Source: Roseibacillus sp. (GTDB taxonomy: Bacteria; Verrucomicrobiota; Verrucomicrobiia; Verrucomicrobiales; Akkermansiaceae). Taken from it: a stretch of 64,000 nt of DNA. A model generated the notes under the pieces. The model did no database searches, was not told the origin of the DNA, and saw nothing but the letters and a program-made list of their open reading frames with translations. Made by a program: the position numbers and the translations under genes. The DNA lies in NCBI GenBank assembly GCA_051251855.1, contig JBPOGI010000003.1, forward strand, positions 480,001-544,000, in the 5' to 3' direction. Positions 1 to 9,751 of this stretch are shown here, piece by piece. How positions within the stretch are numbered: position 1 is the stretch's first letter; every line of letters begins with the position of its first letter.

Positions 1-3000
1 CGACGAGTAAGAGGGGGACTTCGGGGTGGGGGTGAGTGGCGAGTTGGAGAGCGGCTCCTTGGCGGAGGGCGGGGTTCTTCGCATGAAGGGCTTGGCTGAG
101 GTAGGGGAAGGAGGCTTCGGGTTGGTGCGCGGTGAGAAGAGTCAAGGCATCGAGAGTGAGGGGAGTGGGAATGGCGTCTTTATCGAGAATTTTGATGAGA
201 AGAGGCGTGATGACGAAGGTGTCGTCGTTGGCGAGAAGCTTGAGAGCGATGGAACGTGCTTCGTTGGGAATTTTCTTGTTTTGAACTAGGCCGAGAAGGT
301 TGTCGGTATTGAGGTTGGTGGGAGAGATTTCGTAGTGCGCTAAGAGTGCGATGGCCTCGTTGAGAACGGGGCTGTCCGGGTGAAGGAAGGGCATGAGTTG
401 TCCTTCTAACAAGGGACGGATGTCGGAGAGTGGACGAGGTCCGAGGGGGGCGTGACGCCCAAGGGATTGGTCGACGGGAAAGGGCTGGGTCCACTGGCGA
501 AGGAGTCGCAGTGCTTCTTTGCGCTCGGCGAGAGGGACTTTGGGAGTGTTGGCAATGGTGAGTAGGCGGGCGGCATTCTTCTCACCACTGAGCCGGAAGG
601 TGGAGTGAATAAGACGACGCCAAATGAAGGGGGGGACTTGAGAGTCTTCTTTTTGCAAAAGCTCGTCGACGACGGCGATGAGAGCGGGACGGGCCGCCTC
701 GATGGGGGTGTCGTGAATGATACGAATGGCCTCATGACGAATGCCCGGGGTGTGGTCGAAAAGGAATCGGTTAACGCCAGTGTGTCTGAGGCGGTGCAGG
801 GCAAGGAGAGTAGGGAGACGCATCGCGGGTAGGGCGTGGCCAGAGAGGGTGACGAGTTCTTGTTCGCTAGCACAACCCGTTAGACCCACTACGGCGGCGT
901 GGCGGAGGTAGGGGTCATTTCGATCTCCGGCATGGAGGGCGAGGGTGAGAAGGGGCTCGAAGGCCTCTTTCACCCGTAGGCGCCCGAGGGAAAGGGCGGC
1001 GAAGAAGCGGACGCGTTCCGAAGAGTCGGTGAGGGCTTCGATGAGGCGAGTGGCGTCTTTGACGGGGGCCTCGCCGAGAGCTTTGGCTGCTTGAGCGCGG
1101 AGTTCGGGGTCGGGGCTTTTTAGCAAGCCAATGAGGGCGGCGGTGGCGTAGGGGTCTTTGTTCTTTCGCGCCAACATGGCGAGACCCCAAGTGGCATGCA
1201 GGCGAGCGACAGGAGTGTTGTCGTCGCGAAGCTCGTCGTCGAAGTCGAGGGGCGGGAGAAGGAGGTTTTCGGGAGGGAGGTCGAGGAGTTCGTTGCGCAG
1301 GTGGAGCTGGGAATAGAAGGAAGAAAGGGCTTTGGGTTTTTCGGAGAGGGCAACTTGAGCGCGCAAGCGGATCCGTTGATCAGGATGCGAGAGAAGGGTC
1401 ATGAGTTCTTCCTCGTTTCGCTGGCGGAAGCCTTCGCTCATGATTTGAGCGACTTCGGCGGCCTGTGGGTGATGCTCGTCGGGATTGAGTGCGATAACGC
1501 GCCCTTGTTGGGCCGAGACCCAGCCTGTAACGAAGTCGGTGAGGTAGGTGGTGCCTTGAAAGCCGAAGTCGATGTCGGTGGCACCAAGGCCCCAGGTGAA
1601 TTTTTCGCGTTTGGTGAGTTGATAGGAAGCCTCGTGAGGCTGCACGGAAAAGGCGTGAACGCCAGAGGCTGAGGGACCGCCTTTGTAGTCGCAAACGAAG
1701 AAGTGGTTCTCGAATTTTCCTCCTAAGGCGGTGCCGGGTTGGAAGGCAAGACCTGAGGGACCGTTACTGAAGTGGGCGATAGGAGGGAGCATCCATGCGG
1801 GTTGCTTGGGGTTGGCGAGGTCCCACATGCGGTCGGTCATCCAACGACTGGGAGGGACGTTCTCGAGTCCGACTTGGCGGTGAAAGGTATTGAGGGTCTG
1901 GTGGTCGGTGCGCCAACCGGAATCGGCACCTTCGACGAGATAGACAAGGCGAGCGAGGTCACCGAGGTCGGCGTTGTTGTCGACGGAAAAGGCGTCACCG
2001 ACTTCGTTGAAAGCAATTTCCTTGGGGTTACGGAGACCGGTGTGGAAGATTTCGAATCCTGATCCGTCAGGCTCGAAGCGAAAGGCAGCTCCCTGATCGG
2101 CGAGTGGATAATGGGAGCCTTCGGCGGTGGTGAGGTTCATGCCGCGGTCACCCATGGTTCCGTAGATGCGACCGTCGGGTCCGAGGGTGAATCCGTTGAG
2201 GTCGTGACCGGAGAGTGAGACACGCACCCCGAAGCCGTCTTGGATAATGAGACGTTCGTCACCGCTGACTTTGCCGTCGTTGTTGAGGTCAGAGAGCGCC
2301 CAGATGTTGGGAATGCAGGCAAAGTAGATGACGTCTTCGTAGGCGAAGACTCCCGCAGCGGTTCCGTCTAACAAGTCGTTGAATTCATCTGCAAAAATGG
2401 TGCTTTCGTCTGCGCTACCATCGTTGTCGTTGTCGCGGAGGCGGCGGACGACTTCGCTTTTTTCGGTGAGCTTTTTGAGAGGGACTTCATGCTGCCACTT
2501 CTGATGGAGGAGGCGGCGATCGTCAGGGGAGCGGGAAGCGATGTCATCGAGTAGCCAATAGAGGTTGTCACGATTGTCTTCTACGCCGTGTCGAAAGCGA
2601 TTGCTCTCGGAGAGGAAGAGGGTGCCGTCCTCGGCAATGGTGAGGGCGGTGGGAGAAGTGACGGAGTGAGTCTTGTGGTCCGCAAAAATGGTGGCGGTTG
2701 TCCCTTCGGGAATGATGAGCCCAGGCAGGAGTGGAGAGCTCTTTAGACCAGGTTCAAAGGCTTTCCCTTCGCGGGTGGAGTTAGGGAAGAGGGGGTTGGC
2801 TCCCGGGTGTTCGAGGAGGTGGTCGATCAGGAGGAACCCAGTTTCGCTGTAGTCGTAGCATCGGATGCGGACCTTTTTGCCCTGCCACTGTTTGACAGGC
2901 CAGGTGACTCTTTTGAGGTCAAGCCCCGCTTGAGGGTTGGAATTTTTGACGACTTGGTCGCCCACGAGGAGTTCGACTCCGACCGCATCACTGCTCCCCC

Positions 3001-3298
3001 CGATTTTGAAGCTGAGGAAGGGTTTAGAAAGTTTGAATTCGGGGGAGGTAAGGGTGCCGGTAGCGGCCACGCCACCGACTGCCGAGCACCCAAAGGATTC
3101 TTTGCAATAGCCACGAGCGACTCCATTGATTTCTTCTGGGAGTTCCGTGCAAGGACCGACCCCGAAGGCATCTCCTTCCAACTGCCAGTCTTTAAAACCG
3201 TCCCCTTCAAATGAAAGGAGAGATGGGGCGGGAGGTTTTTCCTTATCGACGCCGAGTAGAGTGACTGAGCTAAGGAGGAGAAGGAAGAAGGTACGCAT
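1..3298 (-). CDS. PVC-type membrane-bound dehydrogenase-domain / HEAT-repeat protein (putative heme-binding); 3' end runs off the window start
   Basis: Absent from the ORF track because there is no stop in the window. Manual translation from ATG at 3298 (MRTFFLLLLSSVTLLG, signal peptide) is open to position 1. Contains beta-propeller motifs (DNDNDGSAD, GHDLNGFTLGPDGRIY, GLRNPKEIAF) then HEAT repeats (DPELRAQAAKALG). The expected CxxCH would lie beyond the window. Confidence 0.8.
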   Translation of the reverse strand, partial: MRTFFLLLLSSVTLLGVDKEKPPAPSLLSFEGDGFKDWQLEGDAFGVGPCTELPEEINGVARGYCKESFGCSAVGGVAATGTLTSPEFKLSKPFLSFKIGGSSDAVGVELLVGDQVVKNSNPQAGLDLKRVTWPVKQWQGKKVRIRCYDYSETGFLLIDHLLEHPGANPLFPNSTREGKAFEPGLKSSPLLPGLIIPEGTTATIFADHKTHSVTSPTALTIAEDGTLFLSESNRFRHGVEDNRDNLYWLLDDIASRSPDDRRLLHQKWQHEVPLKKLTEKSEVVRRLRDNDNDGSADESTIFADEFNDLLDGTAAGVFAYEDVIYFACIPNIWALSDLNNDGKVSGDERLIIQDGFGVRVSLSGHDLNGFTLGPDGRIYGTMGDRGMNLTTAEGSHYPLADQGAAFRFEPDGSGFEIFHTGLRNPKEIAFNEVGDAFSVDNNADLGDLARLVYLVEGADSGWRTDHQTLNTFHRQVGLENVPPSRWMTDRMWDLANPKQPAWMLPPIAHFSNGPSGLAFQPGTALGGKFENHFFVCDYKGGPSASGVHAFSVQPHEASYQLTKREKFTWGLGATDIDFGFQGTTYLTDFVTGWVSAQQGRVIALNPDEHHPQAAEVAQIMSEGFRQRNEEELMTLLSHPDQRIRLRAQVALSEKPKALSSFYSQLHLRNELLDLPPENLLLPPLDFDDELRDDNTPVARLHATWGLAMLARKNKDPYATAALIGLLKSPDPELRAQAAKALGEAPVKDATRLIEALTDSSERVRFFAALSLGRLRVKEAFEPLLTLALHAGDRNDPYLRHAAVVGLTGCASEQELVTLSGHALPAMRLPTLLALHRLRHTGVNRFLFDHTPGIRHEAIRIIHDTPIEAARPALIAVVDELLQKEDSQVPPFIWRRLIHSTFRLSGEKNAARLLTIANTPKVPLAERKEALRLLRQWTQPFPVDQSLGRHAPLGPRPLSDIRPLLEGQLMPFLHPDSPVLNEAIALLAHYEISPTNLNTDNLLGLVQNKKIPNEARSIALKLLANDDTFVITPLLIKILDKDAIPTPLTLDALTLLTAHQPEASFPYLSQALHAKNPALRQGAALQLATHPHPEVPLLLV

Positions 3299-3429
3299 CA
3301 GAAGGACGAAGGTTAGCGTTGTTGTGATAAATTTCGACTGGGAATTTCATCCAGAGGAGGAAGAGGGGGTGGGAGAGGAAGCTCGTCTCTTCAAAACTTC
3401 AATTCCGGCGATTCAAGGCTCGCAACGGG

Positions 3430-4464
3430 TTAGTTTGAAACCGGTGCTGTGCCTGTTAACGCGCCCTGCGTTGACAGAAGGCGATCGACTGCCTCCGCGA
3501 CACGTGTCGGGGAGAGTTGGGAGAGGCAGCGGTGATCGAGTGGGCATTTCGATAAATGGCAAGGTGCACACTCGGCGTAGGTCGTGAGAACTTGGTGGAT
3601 TTTTCCGAGCGGGCGATGAGTGCGCGGTTCCTGTGGCCCCATCAGGCACACGGTGGGAAGACCAAGATGAGCCGCTAGATGAACGAGGGTTCCATTCGGG
3701 GCAACGAGGGTGGAGAAGGTTGGGAGAACTTGTAAAAGCTGATCGAGATCACAGCTGTTAGGCCCCGTTTTCTCATCGGGTTTATGGGGTTCTTTGATTC
3801 CCATAGCTGCAGTGAGTCGCTCAGCTGCGGGGCTTTTTCCTGGCATCGAGAGAAGGAAAAACTCGGGGTCGTTCGTTTCCCCAAGGATTTTGGTGAGATC
3901 CAAGAAGGATTCGATGGGCCACTCGGCGGCGGGCCCCAAGTCAGAATCAGGAGCGAGGGCAATGCGCGGTTTCTGGGGGCGTATTGGAAGTGCAGGAGGC
4001 GCAAAATTGTCGGGATGATGAGGGTCGCAATTGAGTTGTTGGGCCAAGCTCAGGTAGCGGGTTACGCGATGGGGAAGGGGGCCGCTTTCTACCGTGATAG
4101 CGACGGGGTCGGTGAGAAGTTTTTCGAGTTCCGAAGTCTGAAAGCCAATACGCTGGGGGATCGCGAGGCGGCAGAGGGCTCTTGCTGCGCGAGAATCTTC
4201 GAGAATGATGGCGGAGTGATAGGTGCCGCTTGAGAAGCGCTCAGCAAGTTTTTGAGGTGAGCTGTTTTCATCGTAGGAGATGATTTGTTTAAAATGAACG
4301 GCCCAGAAGGGAACAGCTGCTTTGGGACACAGAATCACGGGGGTTAGATCAGGCCGAGCACGTCGAATCGCGCGGAATGCAGGCGTGGCTAAACAAGCTT
4401 CGGTCAGGTCGAGCGGAGCAACGAGAGCGAGAGCAGGGCCAGTGATATTGAGGCTTTCAGACAC
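3430..4464 (-). CDS. Glycosyltransferase family 9 (LPS heptosyltransferase II-like)
   Basis: GT9 layout: ATPAFRAIRRARP, HRVTRYLSLA, EWPIESF, HLAAHLGLPTVCLMGP and C-terminal CAPCHLSKCPLDHRCL. Confidence 0.85.
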   Translation of the reverse strand: MSESLNITGPALALVAPLDLTEACLATPAFRAIRRARPDLTPVILCPKAAVPFWAVHFKQIISYDENSSPQKLAERFSSGTYHSAIILEDSRAARALCRLAIPQRIGFQTSELEKLLTDPVAITVESGPLPHRVTRYLSLAQQLNCDPHHPDNFAPPALPIRPQKPRIALAPDSDLGPAAEWPIESFLDLTKILGETNDPEFFLLSMPGKSPAAERLTAAMGIKEPHKPDEKTGPNSCDLDQLLQVLPTFSTLVAPNGTLVHLAAHLGLPTVCLMGPQEPRTHRPLGKIHQVLTTYAECAPCHLSKCPLDHRCLSQLSPTRVAEAVDRLLSTQGALTGTAPVSN

Positions 4465-4497
4465 GTGCGCGGAGTTTTGAGGCTAGCTGGCTCCGAA

Positions 4498-5037
4498 TCA
4501 AGAGGGAAGACTTTTGCAGAGTGACAGGAATGAGCTGGGCTGGTGGAAATCGGGCTCCTCTCCGGGCAAGGGAGCGAGGCTGTGAAAGCTTTGCTGTGGA
4601 GAGTTAAGGATGAATGTGATGTTGTAGGAAAGGGCTTCAAGAGGTGGAAGGAGGCGTTTTGGAATCCGGATGGACGCACTCCAAGCGTCGCTCTGCCATT
4701 GTCCTTCTGCCTTTACCCCAGCGAAATCAGGCTGTTTTTCTTGAGCGAGTCGAACATCGCGAAACCAGCACATCCACCAAGCTCCGTTGGGTGCGAGGTT
4801 GACTTCCAAATAGGATTGTCGAATGGGATCAGCGAGAAAGAGCTCTGCTACATCAAAGCGCCAGAGTTCTGGACAGAATTGACCTTCCTTTGAGTTTGGC
4901 ATGACCCTGGCAGATGCTCCGCGGGAGGCTTCGAAAAGAATTCCGTTCTCATCGAAGGAAAGCGAATATTGAACAGGGGGCGCCAGTAGGTGGCCAAACC
5001 AATCAGAATCAATTTCCTGTGTGACTTTTGGGCTCAT
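4498..5037 (-). CDS. Hypothetical protein, DOMON/CBM9-like fold
   Basis: ELWRFDVAELFL..YLEVNLAPNGAWW..PDFH motifs resemble DOMON-like proteins. Confidence 0.55.
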   Translation of the reverse strand: MSPKVTQEIDSDWFGHLLAPPVQYSLSFDENGILFEASRGASARVMPNSKEGQFCPELWRFDVAELFLADPIRQSYLEVNLAPNGAWWMCWFRDVRLAQEKQPDFAGVKAEGQWQSDAWSASIRIPKRLLPPLEALSYNITFILNSPQQSFHSLAPLPGEEPDFHQPSSFLSLCKSLPS

Positions 5038-5154
5038 GAATCCAATCCAAAGTAGTATGACGAAAATCCAATGAGATTTTCACCATAATGACAAAAAAAA
5101 GATGGCTCTTCGAAAGAACGATCCGTATGGTCCGTTAACAAAAGTGTAGTAAAG

Positions 5155-5937
5155 GTGAAACTTAAACCAATCGAGTATATCGGACCCGCTCCGACCGTCA
5201 AAAAGCCACGAAATCCTGCGGGAGGTTGGCTTTTGATTGGCTTTGCTACCGTGCTTGCCTTTTTCTTGGCTCGGCCGTTTGTGCAACTGGTTCAGGCTCA
5301 GCAAAGCCAGCCTAACGCGACAACCTTGGAAGCCGCTGGAAATCAGTTGGATAAAATGGGCACTTTTGGGTCTAAGCTGGCTAAGGCTGCGCTTGCCCGC
5401 ACCGAGGCTGAAGTGGTCTATGATTTGACCTATCGGGTTATCGAATTTCCTAATGGAGATATTCCTGCCGATCGAGGTAAGGCTGAGGATGTGATCGTGC
5501 GTTCTTACCGTGCGCTTGGAACCGATCTTCAAATGCTCATCAACGATGACATGTCGGAACACTTTCGCGAATATCCTCGCTATTGGGGCTTGAGCGAGCC
5601 GGACACCAATGTCGATCATCGCCGCACACCCAATTTACAGCGCTTCTTCGTGCGCCATGGCGAGTCTCTCAAATCTACGAACTCAGCCGAAGATTACGAG
5701 TTCGGTGATATCGTGGTTTGGCACCTCCCAGAGAATCAGCCTCAGCGCTCTTCTCACATTGGTCTCATTGTTCCTGGTCCCGGCAAGCTTTCAGATGAAA
5801 AGTGGGTTGTTCATAACAATGGCTCGGGCCCTCGTTGGGAGAACGAGCTTTTCTCTTATCCCATCATCGGCCACTACCGCTTCGTTCCTGAGAGTCTCCT
5901 CGTCGATGTAGAGGACGAGGCCATGGCCCCGCTTTAG
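5155..5937 (+). CDS. DUF1287 (YijF-like) domain protein with N-terminal membrane anchor
   Basis: YDLTY..FPNGDIP..DVIVRSYR..DTNVDHRRTPNL..GDIVVW..HIG..VVHNNG. Confidence 0.85.
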   Translation: MKLKPIEYIGPAPTVKKPRNPAGGWLLIGFATVLAFFLARPFVQLVQAQQSQPNATTLEAAGNQLDKMGTFGSKLAKAALARTEAEVVYDLTYRVIEFPNGDIPADRGKAEDVIVRSYRALGTDLQMLINDDMSEHFREYPRYWGLSEPDTNVDHRRTPNLQRFFVRHGESLKSTNSAEDYEFGDIVVWHLPENQPQRSSHIGLIVPGPGKLSDEKWVVHNNGSGPRWENELFSYPIIGHYRFVPESLLVDVEDEAMAPL

Positions 5938-6314
5938 GGTGTAAGATCTTCTCTTGGAGGGTGTTTGCCCTTGGCTGTATTCATCTTAGTTCGAATCCCA
6001 GCGTTTTTCTTTGTAGTCGAAGTGTCTTGTGAAAAGGCGTTTTTCACTGAAGAAGGGTGTCTTTGGGCGCCTCTCGCTCTGATTAAGTTCATTGGTTCGT
6101 TCTTTAAAGAAGCGCCGTGATCCAATGTTTCGTCGATGTTTTGGAGTTCTAACAGTTTCTAACGGCTTGAATCCCTTGTTCTTTAGGGCCTTTTGTTTTT
6201 CGCGAAAACATGAAAATTATGGGAAGGCAAGAAGAATTCCTTATGACACAAGACTTCGCGCAGCCCTACTTTAGCTTTGCCAAGCCTAGGAAAAGTGCTC
6301 AAAAAGGCCTCGCT

Positions 6315-6590
6315 ATGAACAAAGCAGAACTTATTGAAGCAGTCCAGAAGGAGATGGGAGCAGACACTACGAAGCGCGCAGCCGAAGAAGCTGTCTCTTC
6401 TGTGCTCGACGCAATCGCGAAAGGCGTGAAGAAAGACAAGAAAGTCCAAATCATCGGATTCGGAACTTTCGAGGTCAAGAAGCGTGCCGCGCGTATGGGT
6501 CGTAACCCCAAGACTGGCGAAGCAATGAAGATCAAGGCTTCCAAGTCTGTTGGCTTCAAGCCTTCTTCTACCCTCAAAGCTTCCCTCTAA
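6315..6590 (+). CDS. hup: HU family DNA-binding protein
   Basis: MNKAELIEAV..GFGTFEVKKRAARMGRNPKTGE; start trimmed to ATG 6315. Confidence 0.95.
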   Translation: MNKAELIEAVQKEMGADTTKRAAEEAVSSVLDAIAKGVKKDKKVQIIGFGTFEVKKRAARMGRNPKTGEAMKIKASKSVGFKPSSTLKASL

Positions 6591-6617
6591 TTTTTAGGGA
6601 CGTTTTTCTTTCATAAT

Positions 6618-6650
6618 CCCGGTGAGGTTTCGACCCCATCGGGTTTTTTT
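6618..6650 (+). terminator. Intrinsic terminator after hup
   Basis: CCCGGTGAGGT-TTCG-ACCCCATCGGG stem followed by T7. Confidence 0.8.
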
Positions 6651-6687
6651 ATTTGCGGGGGAGGGGTGAACCGGACGAAGTAGGGGC

Positions 6688-7485
6688 GTGCGCGTTTTTG
6701 CTCAGATCGGAGAACTCTTCTTCGGCTTGCTTCGTTACCTTGGTGAGTTGGCGTTGCTAGCAGCCCAAGTTGGTGAGTCGATCCTTAAGGGGAAGAAGCG
6801 TTGGCCCCAGTTTTTCCGTCAAATTGCAGAGATTGGCTATCGTTCCCAGCCAGTGGTGATTATTACGGGTGGGTTTACGGGGGCAGTACTGGCGGCTCAG
6901 GCTTTGTTCCAGTTTAAACTGGTGGGTATGGAGACCTTGGCGGGAGGTTTGGTCAGTGCGGCGATGCTGCGGGAGTTAGGGCCAACGATTACTGGGCTTA
7001 TGCTGGCGGGACGAGTTGGCTCGTCCATGGCGGCCGAGATCGGAACGATGAAGGTGACCGAGCAAATTGACGCTCTGCGCTCAATGGCAGTGCATCCGAT
7101 TGACTACTTGGTGACGCCACGAGTGATGGCGATGGTGATTTCGATACCGCTTCTTTTGACTCAGTCGGTCGTTTGTGGGATTTTTGCCTCCTATTTGGTG
7201 GGGGTGCCATTGTTTCATGTCGAGGAGGCGATTTGGTGGGAGAATGTGCGGAAATATTCTTCGCTGGACGATGTGAAGGTTGCGCTCTTTAAAGGACTGG
7301 TTTTTGGATTACTCATTGTCGTTATCTCCTGCCATCAGGGCCTTAAGGCGTCGAATGGTGCCGTCGGAGTGGGGAGGGGAACGACGAACGCGATGGTCTT
7401 TTCCTCTCTTGCAATTTTGATCGCGAACTTTCTGCTCTCGATGATTATGCAACTGATTTTCCCGCTGGGGATTGTGAGCGTGTGA
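6688..7485 (+). CDS. mlaE: MlaE family ABC transporter permease
   Basis: RELGPTITGLMLAGRVGSSMAAEIGTMKVTEQIDAL signature. Confidence 0.92.
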   Translation: MRVFAQIGELFFGLLRYLGELALLAAQVGESILKGKKRWPQFFRQIAEIGYRSQPVVIITGGFTGAVLAAQALFQFKLVGMETLAGGLVSAAMLRELGPTITGLMLAGRVGSSMAAEIGTMKVTEQIDALRSMAVHPIDYLVTPRVMAMVISIPLLLTQSVVCGIFASYLVGVPLFHVEEAIWWENVRKYSSLDDVKVALFKGLVFGLLIVVISCHQGLKASNGAVGVGRGTTNAMVFSSLAILIANFLLSMIMQLIFPLGIVSV

Positions 7486-7577
7486 TTCGTTTTGAACGAG
7501 CTGAAGAGCGGGTTCGTGATTTGACGAGAGCAGGCTGTGGGAATAGAGTATCCTCCCTAACGCTCCTAAACTGTAAC

Positions 7578-8180
7578 ATGACGACCAAAACGCTCCTGAC
7601 TTCTCTTGCTCTCGGACTCACTTTCGCCGTTGGTGGCTTATTCCTGAGTGAGCAGGCTTGGGCGGACAAGGAGCCAGTTATGGAGGTGGTGACCGAGAAG
7701 CCAACCGAACCAACGAAGAATATTGTGAAAAGCGACGAAGAATGGAAAAAAGAGCTGACCCCGGAGCAGTATCGAATCTTGCGGGAAGCAGGGACTGAGC
7801 GCGCCTTTGGCAAAGTTTATAAGGAGTTCAAGGAGCAGGGGGCGGGGACTTACATCTGTGTAGGTTGTAATACGGAGCTATTCAGTTCGAATGAAAAGTT
7901 TGACTCCCAGTGCGGCTGGCCGTCCTTTTATGACCCTTCCAAGAATGAGAACGTCAAAGCCGTGCCTGATGTGAGTGGTGGCATGGTTCGCACGGAGGTG
8001 CGCTGCGCGAAGTGTGATGGTCATCTCGGTCATATCTTCGAAGGAGAGGGCTTCGATACCCCGACAGACCAACGCTACTGCATTAATGGATCAGTGCTTC
8101 GATTTGTCCCTCATGAGGTCCACGAAAAAGAGGCTGAGCCAAAAGTGGAGAAAAAAGAAGACGCTGCTGAGAAGAAATAG
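7578..8180 (+). CDS. msrB: Peptide-methionine (R)-S-oxide reductase MsrB with signal peptide
   Basis: GTERAF, CVGC, CGWPSF, CAKCDGHLGHIF, RYCIN motifs; hydrophobic N-terminus ending AWA-D. Confidence 0.93.
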   Translation: MTTKTLLTSLALGLTFAVGGLFLSEQAWADKEPVMEVVTEKPTEPTKNIVKSDEEWKKELTPEQYRILREAGTERAFGKVYKEFKEQGAGTYICVGCNTELFSSNEKFDSQCGWPSFYDPSKNENVKAVPDVSGGMVRTEVRCAKCDGHLGHIFEGEGFDTPTDQRYCINGSVLRFVPHEVHEKEAEPKVEKKEDAAEKK

Positions 8181-8420
8181 CTCGTCTTCGTAGTGTTCCC
8201 ACGGAATGCCGAATGGTTTCTCCATCCGGCATTTGTATCGAATTGAGGATCCAGGAGCGGGCGGGTGAGATCTCAGTCCAAGATTGACTGACAAAGAAAC
8301 TAGCAAAAAATAGGAATGGATTCTTATAGCTTCGGTCTTTTGAAGGAAACGGCATCTTCTTTGTAGCTGTAAGGAAAACGCTCCGTTCGTCGAATTCCCT
8401 TTAAAGACGCCTGTTAGGGG

Positions 8421-8444
8421 ACTTTGTGAAAAATTTCACAAAGT
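8421..8444. promoter_or_regulatory. Palindromic operator (Rex- or CRP/FNR-type) upstream of the atp operon
   Basis: ACTTTGTGAAA-AA-TTTCACAAAGT with 11-bp perfect arms; contains TTGTGAA-N4-TTCACAA; a TTGACC -35-like hexamer follows at 8448. Confidence 0.7.
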
Positions 8445-8501
8445 GTCTTGACCCATCTTTAGAACCCTTCTATTCGACTCTCAGCCGGCAACGCAAAACC
8501 T

Positions 8502-9383
8502 GTGAATTTTTCTTCTACTTTCTCACGCTTCCTCCTGACAATTGTTGGGCTCTTCGCTTCGAGCAGTGTTCTTTTTGCTGCCGGGGGGGAACTTCCTCTC
8601 TACGCAGAAAAGCTTTTCGGACCCGTTTCCAACTCAATCTTGATGACTTGGATTGCCGTGGGTCTGATTGTCCTCTTCTGCAAGTCGGCCACCAAGCAAA
8701 TGGCCCTTGTTCCAACTGGATTTCAAAACTTTGCTGAGTGGCTTGTTGAGGGGCTTTACGATTTCTTCGGAGAAATTCTTGGCGAGCATCTCATTAAACG
8801 TACTTTTTGGTTCTTTGGCTCCGTCTTCGTATTTATCTTGGTCAATAACTATATGGCTCTCGTTCCTGGAGTCGGGACAATCGGTCAATGGGGTTCAGGT
8901 GAAAATCTTTCTGAGCCTGTCTTCCGTTCGTTTCTACGAGGAGCGAACGCTGACCTTAACCTGACGGCAGCGATGTCTCTCACTTTCGCCATTCTCTGGT
9001 GCTACTGGGCCATCACTGAGAACGGACTTAAAAACTTCGCAGCCCATATCTTTGCTCCTAAAGGCGACTTCAAAGGTGTCATGCTTCTTTTCATGGTTCC
9101 GGTGTTTCTTTTCGTGGGAGTGTTGGAAGTGATTTCAATCGCGATCCGTCCGGTTGCGCTGAGTTTTCGCCTGTTTGGAAATGTCTACGGTGGTGAGCAG
9201 ACCTTGGGGACTTTGATGAGTCTTGCGCCCTATAAGTGGATGCATTTCCTTCCCGCTCTGCCCTTTTACTTTATGGAGCTTCTGGTCGGCTTGATTCAGG
9301 CCTTGGTCTTCACTCTCCTGGGTGCCATTTTCCTGAGGTTGATCTGCGACCACGACCACGGTGATCACGAGGAAGCTCACTAA
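8502..9383 (+). CDS. atpB: F0F1 ATP synthase subunit a
   Basis: RPVALSFRLFGN, ELLVGLIQALVF; first gene of the operon. Confidence 0.95.
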   Translation: MNFSSTFSRFLLTIVGLFASSSVLFAAGGELPLYAEKLFGPVSNSILMTWIAVGLIVLFCKSATKQMALVPTGFQNFAEWLVEGLYDFFGEILGEHLIKRTFWFFGSVFVFILVNNYMALVPGVGTIGQWGSGENLSEPVFRSFLRGANADLNLTAAMSLTFAILWCYWAITENGLKNFAAHIFAPKGDFKGVMLLFMVPVFLFVGVLEVISIAIRPVALSFRLFGNVYGGEQTLGTLMSLAPYKWMHFLPALPFYFMELLVGLIQALVFTLLGAIFLRLICDHDHGDHEEAH

Positions 9384-9455
9384 CTAATTTCGACGTCTGA
9401 CCATGGCAAGACTGTGGGGACGCCGTTCCAAACAACAAAAAACAAACTAACTATT

Positions 9456-9689
9456 ATGCCTATCGAAACACTTACCATCTTGGCCGTCGCCGCTTCTGTT
9501 TTTAACAAGAGCTTCGTTGGTGCCCTTGCAGCCCTCGGTGCTGGACTTGGAATCGGAATTCTCGGTTCTAAAGCTGCTGAAGCAACAGGCCGCAACCCTG
9601 GCGCTGCTACTCCTATTCTCGTGATTTCAATTATTTTGGCCGCACTGATTGAGGGTGTCTTCATTCTCTCTCTCTTTGTTGCTTCGTAA
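9456..9689 (+). CDS. atpE: F0F1 ATP synthase subunit c
   Basis: GAGLGIG, RNP loop, ALIEG carboxylate. Confidence 0.93.
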   Translation: MPIETLTILAVAASVFNKSFVGALAALGAGLGIGILGSKAAEATGRNPGAATPILVISIILAALIEGVFILSLFVAS

Positions 9690-9704
9690 TTTTCAACTTT
9701 CTCT

Positions 9705-9751
9705 CTCGCCGGGTCCTGTGACCCGGTGGGAAACTTTCTCTTTTTCTCTTT
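9705..9751 (+). terminator. Stem-loop with pyrimidine tail between atpE and atpF (partial terminator or mRNA stabiliser)
   Basis: CTCGCCGGGTC-CTGT-GACCCGGTGGG followed by a T/C-rich run. Confidence 0.5.

Noticed and set aside
3340..3380. Purine-rich TTTCATCCAGAGGAGGAAGAGGGGG as another CGCAGAG-family copy
   Set aside because: Similarity is too weak to align with copies A-D
26..3587. Many short ORFs listed in the track
   Set aside because: They are shadows of the single long minus-strand CDS 1-3298 (and the GT9 gene end)
5989..5999. GTTCGAATCCC, resembling a tRNA T-loop
   Set aside because: The flanking T-stem does not pair and no cloverleaf forms
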